From assembly GCA_024762655.1 (NCBI GenBank), contig JANTHB010000002.1:8007-72006 (forward strand): a DNA stretch of 64,000 bases. Reading direction: 5' to 3'. Positions 9,919-20,197 of this stretch are shown in pieces. The notes beneath the pieces were generated by a model. The model had not been told where the DNA came from and searched no databases. It worked only from the letters and a program-made list of their open reading frames with translations. The DNA comes from Bacteroidales bacterium (GTDB lineage: Bacteria > Bacteroidota > Bacteroidia > Bacteroidales > VadinHA17). Position numbers and translations under genes: made by a program. How positions within the stretch are numbered: the first letter of the stretch is position 1; each line of letters starts with the position of its first letter.

Positions 9919-10720
9919 TTAAAATTGTCTCATAAAACTCCGAATACGACGCAAGATAATTTTCTTCATCCTGATAGGTTAATTGGGGAAGATCCTTTTG
10001 TTTGGCAAATTTGTTTATTTCTTCCGGGACATCGGTGCCTCCGTAAATGACCGCATCGGAATGCTCCAAAGCAAGTTTCATAACGCTTTCCCAACGGGTG
10101 TCAGACAAAACCTCAAGATCTTTGTCTGTAACTCCGTCCATCCGGAGCTTTTCTTTGAAAGAAGGCCTTAATGAACCCTTGTATTTGTCGTTATATACGG
10201 AATATACCACTTTTACATTGGTGAAGATCGGATCATCATGATAGGTCTTTTTCAGATACAGCGGGACCAATCCCCCAAACCATCCGAAGCAATGCACAAT
10301 ATCCGGTGACCAACGTAGTTTCTTCACGGTTTCCAATACTCCTCTGGCAAAAAAGATGGCTCGTTCATCATTATCTTCAAAAGGATTTCCCTTTTCATCC
10401 GATAAAACGAACTTACGCTGAAAATAGTCTTCGTTCTCAATAAAATATACCTGCATCCGGGCAGCCTGAATGGATGCCACCTTGATAATCAACGGGTGAT
10501 CCGTTTCATCAATAATGATATTCATCCCGGAAAGCCTGATTACTTCATGTAATTGATTTCGTCGCTCATTAATGTTCCCGTATTTGGGCATAAACGTCCG
10601 GATTTCATTTCCCTGTTCCTGTATTCCCTGTGGAAGATATCTTGCTACTTTTGACATCTCACTCTCCGGTAGGTAAGGGGTAATTTCCTGGGATACGAAC
10701 AGAACTTTATATTTTTTCAT
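9893..10720 (-). CDS. Glycogen/starch synthase-like protein, N-terminal-half only (275 aa)
   Basis: GlgA-like start KVLFVSQEITPYLPES...KVARYLPQ plus the rest of the first Rossmann half. No C-terminal nucleotide-sugar binding half is present. Confidence 0.75.
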   Translation of the reverse strand: MKKYKVLFVSQEITPYLPESEMSKVARYLPQGIQEQGNEIRTFMPKYGNINERRNQLHEVIRLSGMNIIIDETDHPLIIKVASIQAARMQVYFIENEDYFQRKFVLSDEKGNPFEDNDERAIFFARGVLETVKKLRWSPDIVHCFGWFGGLVPLYLKKTYHDDPIFTNVKVVYSVYNDKYKGSLRPSFKEKLRMDGVTDKDLEVLSDTRWESVMKLALEHSDAVIYGGTDVPEEINKFAKQKDLPQLTYQDEENYLASYSEFYETILNGKIHASI

Positions 10721-10947
10721 TCCACGTTAATTTTTCCGTTAATTTCCAATCTTCTGATGAAGCAAGCCAAGGCATATGTTCTGTATATGTCTGATATATC
10801 GAGGGTTGTTCGGTAACCAACTCCATTGTTTTTATTTACAAAAATTTATGCAAAGATAGTAAATTTTCTTCATATTTGTGTTTTATTCAGGGACTAAACC
10901 GGGATATCCAGAATCTCCGGCGGTTTGGTCGTAATATTATTTTAATT

Positions 10948-11808
10948 ATGAAAATTGTAAAAACCCGGAAAGAACTTGAAGAAAAGCGGAATATGCTGAA
11001 AAAAGAACAGCTGCTTCATGGTTTTGTTCCTACTATGGGAGCCCTTCATGAAGGGCACCTGTCTCTGATTCGTTGTTCCCTGTCAAACGATCCGGTAACC
11101 GTTGTATCGATTTTCGTGAACCCTACGCAGTTCAATGATCCGGAAGATTTGAAAAAATATCCCCGTAATCCTGAAGCGGACCTGGGGCTTTTGGAAAAAA
11201 TCCTGCGTCCCGGCGACCTTGTTTTTTTACCCGAAGAAAAGGAGGTATATCCCGAACCTGATTCCCGCATATTTGATTTTGGCATCCTTGATAAAGTTAT
11301 GGAAGGAAAATTCAGGCCCGGTCATTTCAACGGAGTTGCCCAGGTAGTAAGCCGGTTGTTTGACATGGTACAACCCCGGAATGCTTATTTCGGATTGAAA
11401 GACTTCCAGCAACTGGCCGTCATCAAAGAAATGGTGCGTATGCTGAACCTCCCGGTGAACATTGTTTCCTGTCCCATAGTACGGGAACCTGACGGCCTGG
11501 CAATGAGTTCCCGCAATGTGCGCCTCGGGGAAAAAGAACGGGAAGAAGCCCCGCTGATATACAGGACCCTGAAAGAGGCTGTCAGCCAGAAAGACAAACT
11601 CCCCGTCAATAAAATAAAAGAATGGGTGATCTCCCGTATCGAAAACAACTCCTCTCTTAAGGTGGAATATTTTGAGGTTGTCCATGCTGACACCCTCCAG
11701 CCGGTTTTATCATGGGATGAACCCGTTGACAAACAAGGGTGTATCGCTGTCTGGGCCGGGAAAGTGCGGCTTATCGATAATATATCTTTCAGTCGTGAGA
11801 AAGAATGA
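10948..11808 (+). CDS. panC: Pantoate--beta-alanine ligase
   Basis: GFVPTMGALHEGHLSLI (HIGH-type motif) and FGLKDFQQL. The ATG at 10948 (MKIVKTRKEL) is preferred to the ORF-track start at 10876. Confidence 0.93.
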   Translation: MKIVKTRKELEEKRNMLKKEQLLHGFVPTMGALHEGHLSLIRCSLSNDPVTVVSIFVNPTQFNDPEDLKKYPRNPEADLGLLEKILRPGDLVFLPEEKEVYPEPDSRIFDFGILDKVMEGKFRPGHFNGVAQVVSRLFDMVQPRNAYFGLKDFQQLAVIKEMVRMLNLPVNIVSCPIVREPDGLAMSSRNVRLGEKEREEAPLIYRTLKEAVSQKDKLPVNKIKEWVISRIENNSSLKVEYFEVVHADTLQPVLSWDEPVDKQGCIAVWAGKVRLIDNISFSREKE

Positions 11809-11886
11809 TCTTCCTGCGACCGGAAAATTGTTTTTTAGCATGATTTTTGATGCTCTGTCTTAAAGTTTCAGTATATTTGCAGCGTT

Positions 11887-12240
11887 ATGTGGATAGAAGT
11901 AGTCAAATCGAAAATTCACAAGGTGACCGTTACCGAGGCCAACCTGCAGTATGTGGGGAGCATCACCATCGACGAAGACCTGATGGACGCTGCCAACATC
12001 ATGGAAAACGAGAAAGTCCAGGTGGTAAATATCAATAACGGGGAACGTCTGGAGACGTATGTGATAAAGGGTAAACGCGGATCAGGGGAGATCTGCCTGA
12101 ATGGTCCGGCCGCCCGGAAAGCTGCAGTGGGGGATGTGATCATTATCATTTCCTATGCTTTCCTGTCACCGGAAGAAGCCCGCACCTTCCAACCCTCACT
12201 TGTCTTTCCGGATACGGTTACAAACAAAATGGTAAAGTAG
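11887..12240 (+). CDS. panD: Aspartate 1-decarboxylase
   Basis: [27 protein letters not shown] contains the G-S self-processing site. Length 117 aa. Confidence 0.93.
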   Translation: MWIEVVKSKIHKVTVTEANLQYVGSITIDEDLMDAANIMENEKVQVVNINNGERLETYVIKGKRGSGEICLNGPAARKAAVGDVIIIISYAFLSPEEARTFQPSLVFPDTVTNKMVK

Positions 12241-12247
12241 ATTCCCC

Positions 12248-13285
12248 TTGAAACAGCGAATCTTTCAAATTATCCGGTTCCTGGTATTCCTGTTCACAGC
12301 TCTTTTCCTTTTGTATCTTGCATTCCGTGGTATCGATCTGAATCAAGTATGGGAAGATGTTAAGCATGCCCGCTATGCCTGGTTGCTGATTACTATTCCT
12401 GCGGGCATACTCAGCCATATCTTTCGGGCCTGGCGCTGGAACCTGCTGATTGAGCCTCTGGGCTACAAACCCCGCCTGATAAACACATTCTATGCCGTTA
12501 TGTCAGGGTATCTGGCCAATCTGGCTCTGCCTCGTCTCGGAGAAGTAGTGCGGTGCGGATCGCTCGCCAAAACCGACAAAGTCCCTTTTGACGCCCTGCT
12601 TGGGACGGTGATCATCGAGCGCGTGGTGGATATGATTATTTTGCTGATCCTGCTTGTGATTACCTTCCTGATCAAAGTCGGATTTTTCGGAAAATTTTTT
12701 ATCACTCATGTTTTCCGGCCCCTGGGCGTGAAATTCTCTGCCATGACCCGTCACCCGCAGACCATAATTTTTATATTAGGTATAATATTTATTCTGATCC
12801 TGCTTACCGGGTTGTTCCGTAAGCAGCTTAAAAACATTGTCTTTATAAAAAAGATATTTGACTTTTTCCGGGGCATTGTCGACGGGATAAACACCATTGG
12901 TAACCTGAAAAATAAACCTTTGTTCCTTCTTTCTTCTTTTCTGATCTGGCTGATGTATTTTGTGACTGCCTGGCTGATCCTGTACATGTTACCCGAAACG
13001 TCTTCTCTGACCGCTGTTGACGGGTTGTTTCTGTTGGTTGTGGGAAGTATGGGGATGGTCATCCCGGTACAGGGAGGGATCGGTGCTTATCACTGGATCG
13101 TCTCCATGGCCCTGACTTTGTATGGTATTTCCCGGGAAACAGGTCTGGCACTGGCCACCCTGGCCCATGAGTCACAGACCTTGCTTATTCTGGTCGTAGG
13201 AGGATTTTCCATGATCATGGTAGCCCTCCAACGAAATAAAAAATTATCTTTATCCTCAAATGGGATAAAAGATGGCCAAATCTAA
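12248..13285 (+). CDS. Flippase-like / lysylphosphatidylglycerol-synthase TM-region family membrane protein
   Basis: About 8 hydrophobic segments, and motifs SGYLANLALPRLGEVVRCG and IERVVD typical of the UPF0104 family. The start codon is TTG. Confidence 0.65.
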   Translation: MKQRIFQIIRFLVFLFTALFLLYLAFRGIDLNQVWEDVKHARYAWLLITIPAGILSHIFRAWRWNLLIEPLGYKPRLINTFYAVMSGYLANLALPRLGEVVRCGSLAKTDKVPFDALLGTVIIERVVDMIILLILLVITFLIKVGFFGKFFITHVFRPLGVKFSAMTRHPQTIIFILGIIFILILLTGLFRKQLKNIVFIKKIFDFFRGIVDGINTIGNLKNKPLFLLSSFLIWLMYFVTAWLILYMLPETSSLTAVDGLFLLVVGSMGMVIPVQGGIGAYHWIVSMALTLYGISRETGLALATLAHESQTLLILVVGGFSMIMVALQRNKKLSLSSNGIKDGQI

Positions 13286-14639
13286 AACGGTATGGGTTTG
13301 TCAGAATTGCGGGGCTGAATCCCCCAAGTGGATCGGCCGGTGTCCTGTATGCGGAGAGTGGAATACTTACGTCGAAGAGATCATTACAAAACCATCCGGG
13401 AAGAAACCGGGTGGAAGCATGACTTCTTCGGGTCCACCACGCCCGCTGACCAGTGTAGAGTCTATGAACCACCGGAGAATTATCACCGGCACCGGCGAAT
13501 TCAACCGCATTCTGGGCGGGGGCATTGTCCCGGGTACATTGGTATTGCTGGGAGGAGAACCGGGTATAGGGAAATCCACCCTGGCGCTTCAGGTATGTCT
13601 GCAACTTGCTTCCCCCACCTTATATGTTTCGGGAGAAGAAAGTGCCGAACAAATCAAGCTGCGGGCCAACAGGATGGGCCTTCCCCAGGATCAAACCCTG
13701 ATCTACCCGGAAACACGGTACGAATTTATTGCCGATCAGATCAGGAAAATCTCCCCTTCCCTGGTAGTCATAGATTCCATACAAACCATTACCACCGAGG
13801 AAATAGAATCCTCTGCCGGCAGTGTTTCCCAGGTAAGGGAATGTGCCGGAAAATTCCTTGCCCTGGCCAAACAAACCGGTATTCCTGTTTTTCTGATAGG
13901 TCATATCACCAAAGAAGGGACGCTGGCCGGCCCTAAAATATTGGAGCATATCGTGGATGTTGTTTTACATTTCGAAGGAGATCCTAAATTTCTTTTCCGT
14001 ATTTTGCGTGTGTTGAAAAACCGTTTTGGTTCCACTTCCGAGCTGGCCCTTTTCGAGATGAAGGAAAACGGACTGGCTGAGATCACCAACCCTTCCGAGT
14101 TGCTTCTTTCCCACCTTGACGACACCCTCAGCGGCATTGCCACGGCCTCTACCATTGACGGTATCCGGCCCTTCCTGATCGAGACACAGGCCCTGGTCAG
14201 CACAGCAGTGTACGGGACCCCTCAGCGTACCTCCACCGGTTTTGACATTCGCCGTCTGCACATGCTCCTGGCAGTGCTGGAAAAACGGGCCGGTTTCAGG
14301 CTCTCGGCCAGAGATGTCTTTCTCAATATCGCAGGCGGACTTAAAGTAGAGGACCCGGGGATCGATCTGGCAGTGACCGCGTCTGTCCTTTCTTCTTATC
14401 TGGATGTACCCGTACCTGAATCTATGGCTTTCGCTGCCGAGATCGGTCTCTCGGGAGAGGTCAGACCTGTGGCACGCATCGAACAACGTATCGGAGAAGC
14501 TGCTAAACTGGGATTTAATAAAATGATGATTTCAGGATACAATGCCCGTAAACTAAACATCCAGAAAATGCCTTTGTCAATTATCCCCGTAAAAAAAATG
14601 GATGAGGTAATAAAATATTTGTTTAACCAAAAAACCTGA
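13272..14639 (+). CDS. radA: DNA repair protein RadA/Sms
   Basis: N-terminal zinc finger CQNCGAESPKWIGRCPVCGEWNT, Walker A GGEPGIGKST, the KNRFG motif and a Lon-like C-terminal domain. Confidence 0.95.
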   Translation: MAKSKTVWVCQNCGAESPKWIGRCPVCGEWNTYVEEIITKPSGKKPGGSMTSSGPPRPLTSVESMNHRRIITGTGEFNRILGGGIVPGTLVLLGGEPGIGKSTLALQVCLQLASPTLYVSGEESAEQIKLRANRMGLPQDQTLIYPETRYEFIADQIRKISPSLVVIDSIQTITTEEIESSAGSVSQVRECAGKFLALAKQTGIPVFLIGHITKEGTLAGPKILEHIVDVVLHFEGDPKFLFRILRVLKNRFGSTSELALFEMKENGLAEITNPSELLLSHLDDTLSGIATASTIDGIRPFLIETQALVSTAVYGTPQRTSTGFDIRRLHMLLAVLEKRAGFRLSARDVFLNIAGGLKVEDPGIDLAVTASVLSSYLDVPVPESMAFAAEIGLSGEVRPVARIEQRIGEAAKLGFNKMMISGYNARKLNIQKMPLSIIPVKKMDEVIKYLFNQKT

Positions 14640-14644
14640 AAGAA

Positions 14645-15352
14645 ATGAAAAAATATCTCTTTTTTTTAGTGTTAACCGTTTCTTTGCTTCTTACACAATG
14701 TGATGTTTTGCAGGAACTTCAAATACCAGCTACAGGAGCACTCACCAAAGATGAAATCGTTCAGGGGCTAAAGGAGGCCCTGAAGGTTGGCACTACCAAT
14801 GCCATTAAGGTCCTGGCCAGGGAGAATGGATTTTATCTGGATCAGGAAGTAAAGATCCCGTTTCCGCAGGAGGTGGCGTATGTGGAACAAAAATTGCGTG
14901 CCCTGGGGCTTCATTCGATGGTGGATGATTTTATAGAACAGATGAACCACGCTGCTGAAAAAGCGGTTTCCAAAGCCGGACCTGTTTTTTATAGCGCCAT
15001 CCGGGAGATGACCATTACCGACGCCCTGGGCATACTGAAGGGTCCCGATAACGCAGCGACCGAATATTTCAGGGAGAAAACCTACCAACAACTGATAGTG
15101 ACCTATAAACCAGACATCCGTCAGGTACTGCATCAAACCCATCTTTCCGATTATTGGGAAAAGGTAACTACGGCCTACAACAAAATACCCTTTACCAAAA
15201 AGGTTGAAACGGATCTTCCCCTGTATGTTACGGAAAAAACCATTGACGGGCTGTTTGTCAAACTGGCGCACGAAGAAAAACTAATCCGCACCGACCCTAA
15301 AGCACGTGTAACGGATATCCTGCGAAAAGTCTTTGCCGAAACCGGCAAATGA
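14645..15352 (+). CDS. DUF4197-like secreted/lipoprotein
   Basis: Signal peptide plus LTKDEIVQGLKEALKVGTTNAIKVL, which matches my recollection of DUF4197 N-termini. Confidence 0.65.
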   Translation: MKKYLFFLVLTVSLLLTQCDVLQELQIPATGALTKDEIVQGLKEALKVGTTNAIKVLARENGFYLDQEVKIPFPQEVAYVEQKLRALGLHSMVDDFIEQMNHAAEKAVSKAGPVFYSAIREMTITDALGILKGPDNAATEYFREKTYQQLIVTYKPDIRQVLHQTHLSDYWEKVTTAYNKIPFTKKVETDLPLYVTEKTIDGLFVKLAHEEKLIRTDPKARVTDILRKVFAETGK

Positions 15353-15411
15353 ATTATCGGTTACTATGCTTATCTGTGCAACCTGCTAAAACCGGTGTAA
15401 TCCGCGTGCCG

Positions 15412-17757
15412 TTAAAAATCAAAATCATAACTACGCGCATTTCCGCTTTCTTCATCGCATTTCAGGTTGATATGGAAATTCTGCGGAGCTTCAAAGTCTT
15501 CGGTCTGCATGATCCCGTATTGCGGATCGTTGTAAATTTTTTTCATGTAAAGGGCAAAGATGGGCAGTGCCATATTGGCTCCCTGGCCCAGATGTAACGT
15601 AGAGAAATGAACAGACCGGTCTTCCCATCCGCTCCATACACCTGTCACCAGACTGGGGGTGACCCCCATGAACCATCCGTCCGAATGGTTCTGTGTAGTT
15701 CCTGTTTTTCCTCCGATAGGATTCATCAACTCATACTTATACCGTAACCTGATGGCCGTTCCTTCCTTCACAACTCCTTCCAGCAGATTGATCATCAGAT
15801 AAGCATCTTTTTCGCTGATGGCCTCATTGAAATAGGGCTGGAACGTAGCAATCAGGTTGCCGTTTTTATCTTCAATCCGTGTAACAAATACCGGCTGGAC
15901 AAAAACACCCTTATTGGCAAAGGTCCCGTATGCTCCCGTAAGTTCGTACAGGCTGAGGTCGGAAGTGCCAAGAAAAATAGAATTAACCGGATCGATAGGG
16001 CTGCGAATACCCATCTTCCTCATGATATCAATCACCGATTGCGGATTGAACTGTTTCATCAGCCAGGCTGAGATATAGTTTTCCGAGTTGGCAAGGCCCC
16101 ATTTCAGGGTCACCATCTTCCCCCAAAACTCTTTCCGGCCCGAGCTCTTGGGGATCCAAACAGAATCATTATCCTTAAATGTCTGCGGGACATCCGGCAC
16201 CTTATAACAAGGAGTATATCCGTTTTGCATGGCCAGGGTGTATAAAAAAGGCTTGATAGTACTTCCTACCTGTCGTTTTTGAGCCGTCACCGCGTCAAAC
16301 TTGAAAAACCGGAAATCAGGTCCTCCCACATAAGCTTTTACATACCCGGTGTGGGGATCAAAACTCATCAACCCCGACCGTATAAAATATTTGTAATACC
16401 GTAAAGAGTCCATCGGTGACATTACGGTATCAATAATGCCTTTCCAGGAGAATACTTTCATCTTCACAGGCGTATTAAAGATTTTCATAATCGTGTCCGG
16501 GGGAGCACCCCTTCTCCTGAGCGACCTGTACCGGTCTGTTCTCCGCATGGCACGTTCCATAATGCTTCTGATTTGCGTGGTGGTGAGGTCGTCGGAAAAC
16601 GGAGGATGCCTGTAATGTTTGACATTCTCAAAAAAGGCATCTTGTAATTCTCCCCCCAGATGCTCCCGGACCGCTTCCTCGGCATATTCCTGGAAGGTAT
16701 AGTTGATGGTTGTATAGATCTTTAAACCGTCTTTGTATATATTGTAGTTCTTTCCATCAGGTTTCTTGTTTTTGGAACACCATCCGTACAAAGGATTATT
16801 GTTCCATTGATACAAAGCTTCCTGGTATTGTTCATCCGTGAAAAAATATTCTCTTTCAGGAAAGGACTTCATCATCGCGGTCCGGAGATATTCTCTGAGA
16901 TACGGTGCCGGACCCAGATTGTGACTTTCCACTTTCAGCTGCACTTCCAGAGGCAGTTGTTTTACCGAATCATAAGTGGCCTTGTCAAGATAGCCGTATT
17001 TTACCATCTGTGACAATACCACATTTCTTCGCTTCAAGGTGACTTCCGGTCTTCTGACAGGATTGTAATAAGCAGGATTTTTAACCATTCCCACCAGCAT
17101 GGCTGCCTGTTCCAGTGTCAGAGAATCCGGCGTGGTCTGAAAATAAATATCCGCCGCAGAATGAATCCCTACCGCCTGATAAAGGAAATCGAATATATTC
17201 AGGTACATGGTAATGATCTCTTCTTTGGTATAGGAGCGCTCCAGTTTGACGGCAGTCACCCATTCCTTGAATTTTGTCAGTACCAGTTTTGCCATACGTG
17301 CAGGGGCAAAATGGGTCGTTGACGTGTCCCGCGGAAACAGATTCTTCGCCAACTGTTGGGTGATCGTACTGCCTCCTCCGGATTGCTCCTGTCTCAGTAA
17401 GAAGGTTTTTACAAATACCCTTCCAAGTCCCCGGATATCAATACCCGAATGTTGATAAAACCGTACATCCTCAGTGGCTATCAGAGCATCCACAAGAGAA
17501 GGGGATATATGATCATAATCCGTCCAGACTCTATTCTGGATATAATATTTTCCCAGTAATTTTCCGTCATCCGAGAACACCTCTGAGGCCAGGTTCCTTT
17601 CAGGATTTTCCAGCTCCTCAAACGTCGGCATCTTTCCCAGTTTTCCATTGGAGATCAAGACGAAAATGACCCCTATTGCAATAATGGGGAGCGTATAGAT
17701 TACCCAGAATAACAGAATATATTTTTTTTCTTTACCCTTTGAAATACCTGTGTTCAT
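15412..17757 (-). CDS. mrcA: Penicillin-binding protein 1A (bifunctional transglycosylase/transpeptidase)
   Basis: N-terminal TM segment, GT51 motifs (EDVRFYQHSGID, GGSTITQQLAKN), and transpeptidase STIKPF with a KTGT-type motif (GGKTGTTQN). Confidence 0.93.
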   Translation of the reverse strand: MNTGISKGKEKKYILLFWVIYTLPIIAIGVIFVLISNGKLGKMPTFEELENPERNLASEVFSDDGKLLGKYYIQNRVWTDYDHISPSLVDALIATEDVRFYQHSGIDIRGLGRVFVKTFLLRQEQSGGGSTITQQLAKNLFPRDTSTTHFAPARMAKLVLTKFKEWVTAVKLERSYTKEEIITMYLNIFDFLYQAVGIHSAADIYFQTTPDSLTLEQAAMLVGMVKNPAYYNPVRRPEVTLKRRNVVLSQMVKYGYLDKATYDSVKQLPLEVQLKVESHNLGPAPYLREYLRTAMMKSFPEREYFFTDEQYQEALYQWNNNPLYGWCSKNKKPDGKNYNIYKDGLKIYTTINYTFQEYAEEAVREHLGGELQDAFFENVKHYRHPPFSDDLTTTQIRSIMERAMRRTDRYRSLRRRGAPPDTIMKIFNTPVKMKVFSWKGIIDTVMSPMDSLRYYKYFIRSGLMSFDPHTGYVKAYVGGPDFRFFKFDAVTAQKRQVGSTIKPFLYTLAMQNGYTPCYKVPDVPQTFKDNDSVWIPKSSGRKEFWGKMVTLKWGLANSENYISAWLMKQFNPQSVIDIMRKMGIRSPIDPVNSIFLGTSDLSLYELTGAYGTFANKGVFVQPVFVTRIEDKNGNLIATFQPYFNEAISEKDAYLMINLLEGVVKEGTAIRLRYKYELMNPIGGKTGTTQNHSDGWFMGVTPSLVTGVWSGWEDRSVHFSTLHLGQGANMALPIFALYMKKIYNDPQYGIMQTEDFEAPQNFHINLKCDEESGNARSYDFDF

Positions 17758-17780
17758 ATATGTTTATTCATCTAATTCGC

Positions 17781-17788
17781 CAAAAATA
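17781..17788 (-). promoter_or_regulatory. Candidate Bacteroidota -7 box (TAnnTTTG) for the PBP1A gene
   Basis: CAAAAATA on the plus strand equals TATTTTTG on the minus strand, 24 nt upstream of the ATG at 17757. Confidence 0.35.
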
Positions 17789-17874
17789 GTAAATAATAAA
17801 CAATAAATTTTGATGTTACTGTAGTTATTAATTTACTTTGCAGCAATTTAAAACGTAGAGGTTTTTTGTATAGT

Positions 17875-20184
17875 ATGGAAGAAAAAGAGAATCTGATCAT
17901 CGTAGAATCCCCGGCAAAGGCCAAAACCATAGAAAAGATCCTGGGAAAAGATTATAAGGTAAAGTCCAGTTTCGGACATATCCGTGATCTGTCGAAGAAG
18001 AATCTGGGCATTGACATTGAGCATAATTTCAAACCGGAATATGTGGTTCCGGATGAAAAAAAGAAAGTTGTCCAGGAACTAAAGAAGGCTGTAAAAAATG
18101 CACGGCATGTTTTGTTGGCTTCTGATGAAGACCGTGAGGGAGAAGCCATTGCCTGGCATTTATCGGAGGTGCTTAAGCTGCCTGCCGAGGGAACGAAGCG
18201 GATTGTGTTTCACGAGATCACGCCGGTTGCCATAAAACAGGCCATTACCACTCCCCGTACCATCGACCTCAATCTGGTCAATGCCCAACAGGCCCGGCGT
18301 ATTCTGGACCGCCTCGTAGGATTTGAAATATCCCCGATACTGTGGAAAAAGGTTAAGCCCTCCCTCTCTGCCGGTCGTGTGCAATCGGTGGCGGTGAGAC
18401 TGATCGTGGAAAGGGAAAGGGAAATACACCAATTTACAGTACAGTCTTATTACCGGGTTTCGGGGGAATTCTATCTGGCGCAGGATCACAAGACCTATCT
18501 CCTGAAAGCCGAACTGAGCGAAAGATTTTCATCACGCAGAGAAGCGGAAGAGTTCCTAAAGTCCATTAAGGGAAAGTCCTTTACGGTGACAGATGTCACA
18601 AAGAAACCTCTGAAACGTACGCCGCCTCCTCCGTTTACCACCTCTACCCTGCAGCAGGAAGCCAGCCGGCGATTAAAATATTCTGTGTCCTACACCATGT
18701 CTTTGGCACAGCGGCTTTATGAAGCAGGGTTCATTACCTACATGCGTACCGACTCGGTTAATCTGTCCACACTGGCATTAAATGCTTCCCATAAAAAAAT
18801 CAAAACGCTTTTCGGGGAAAAATATGCCAGGGCAAGGAACTTTAAAACCAAAACCAAGGGAGCACAGGAAGCGCACGAAGCCATACGCCCCACCTACCCG
18901 GACAGGGATACTATCCCCGGATCCAGAGCAGAACAGCGTCTCTATGAGTTGATATGGAAAAGGACAATTGCCTCCCAGATGGAAGATGCCCTGATCGAAA
19001 AAACCACAGTGACCATTACCCCGGAAGGATCAGAGAAGAAGTTTATAGCTACCGGAGAAGTGGTTAAGTTTGACGGGTTTCTGAAAGTTTATTCGGATAA
19101 GGAGGGTTCTGAGAAAAGCGAACAGATGTACCTGCCACCCATAGAACCGGGGACACCTTTAAATTATAAGGAAATTATCGCCACAGAAAAATTCACCCAG
19201 CCCCCGCCACGTTACAGTGAAGCCATGTTGGTGCGTAAACTTGAAGAGCTGGGCATTGGACGCCCTTCTACCTATGCCCCTACCATTACTACCATTCAGC
19301 AGCGGGGGTATGTGATAAAAGAAGACCGTCCCGGAGAGACAAGAAAGACCATCCAGCTCTCTTTGAAAGAGCATCAGGACCGTATCGCCGAAAAAACCCT
19401 GAAAGAAAACGTGGGAAAAGAAAAATCCAAGCTTTATCCCAGCGATATTGGCATGTTGGTAAACGATTTTCTACTGGAACATTTTGCAGATATCCTCGAT
19501 TATAACTTTACTGCTACTGTCGAGAAACAATTTGATGAAATAGCCGAAGGAAAACTTAACTGGTCAAATATGATCAAACGGTTTTACGCTGATTTTCATC
19601 CCAAGGTAGAATCTACGGAAAAAATCACCCGGAAACATACAGGAGAAAGGGTTCTTGGGAAAGACCCTGCTACCGGCGAAGAGGTTCTTGTAAAAATCGG
19701 GAGATACGGGCCGGTAGCCCAGATAGGTCGTGGCGATGAGGATAAGAAACCCAGATATGCCAGCCTCCGCAAAGGACAGCTCATCGAAACCATTACCCTG
19801 CAGGAAGTGCTTGACTTGTTCAAATTACCCAGAACCATAGGCGATTTTGAAGAGAAGGAGATGGTGGCTGGAATAGGAAGATTCGGGCCCTACATCCGGC
19901 ACGACAACAAGTTCTATTCCATTCCCCCGTCAGAGGATCCTTTGGCTATCAGCGAAGAAAAAGCCATCGCCATCATTCTGGAAAAAAGGGAAACGGAGAA
20001 GAAAAAAGTCATAAAAACCTTTGAGGAAGATGCGGACCTGCAGATCCTGAACGGGCGCTGGGGACCTTACATCAAATGGAAAAAGAAAAACTTCCGCATA
20101 CCCAAAAAATTTACACCCGAAGATCTTACCTATGAGGAATGTATGAATATCATATCGGAAGCCCCGAAGAAGAAAAATAAATAA
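17875..20184 (+). CDS. topA: DNA topoisomerase I
   Basis: Toprim start LIIVESPAKAKTIEKILG, the DEDREGE motif and the active-site region (YMRTDS). The C-terminal repeats lack zinc-finger cysteines. The ATG at 17875 is preferred. Confidence 0.95.
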   Translation: MEEKENLIIVESPAKAKTIEKILGKDYKVKSSFGHIRDLSKKNLGIDIEHNFKPEYVVPDEKKKVVQELKKAVKNARHVLLASDEDREGEAIAWHLSEVLKLPAEGTKRIVFHEITPVAIKQAITTPRTIDLNLVNAQQARRILDRLVGFEISPILWKKVKPSLSAGRVQSVAVRLIVEREREIHQFTVQSYYRVSGEFYLAQDHKTYLLKAELSERFSSRREAEEFLKSIKGKSFTVTDVTKKPLKRTPPPPFTTSTLQQEASRRLKYSVSYTMSLAQRLYEAGFITYMRTDSVNLSTLALNASHKKIKTLFGEKYARARNFKTKTKGAQEAHEAIRPTYPDRDTIPGSRAEQRLYELIWKRTIASQMEDALIEKTTVTITPEGSEKKFIATGEVVKFDGFLKVYSDKEGSEKSEQMYLPPIEPGTPLNYKEIIATEKFTQPPPRYSEAMLVRKLEELGIGRPSTYAPTITTIQQRGYVIKEDRPGETRKTIQLSLKEHQDRIAEKTLKENVGKEKSKLYPSDIGMLVNDFLLEHFADILDYNFTATVEKQFDEIAEGKLNWSNMIKRFYADFHPKVESTEKITRKHTGERVLGKDPATGEEVLVKIGRYGPVAQIGRGDEDKKPRYASLRKGQLIETITLQEVLDLFKLPRTIGDFEEKEMVAGIGRFGPYIRHDNKFYSIPPSEDPLAISEEKAIAIILEKRETEKKKVIKTFEEDADLQILNGRWGPYIKWKKKNFRIPKKFTPEDLTYEECMNIISEAPKKKNK

Positions 20185-20197
20185 AATCCCCGGCTCA

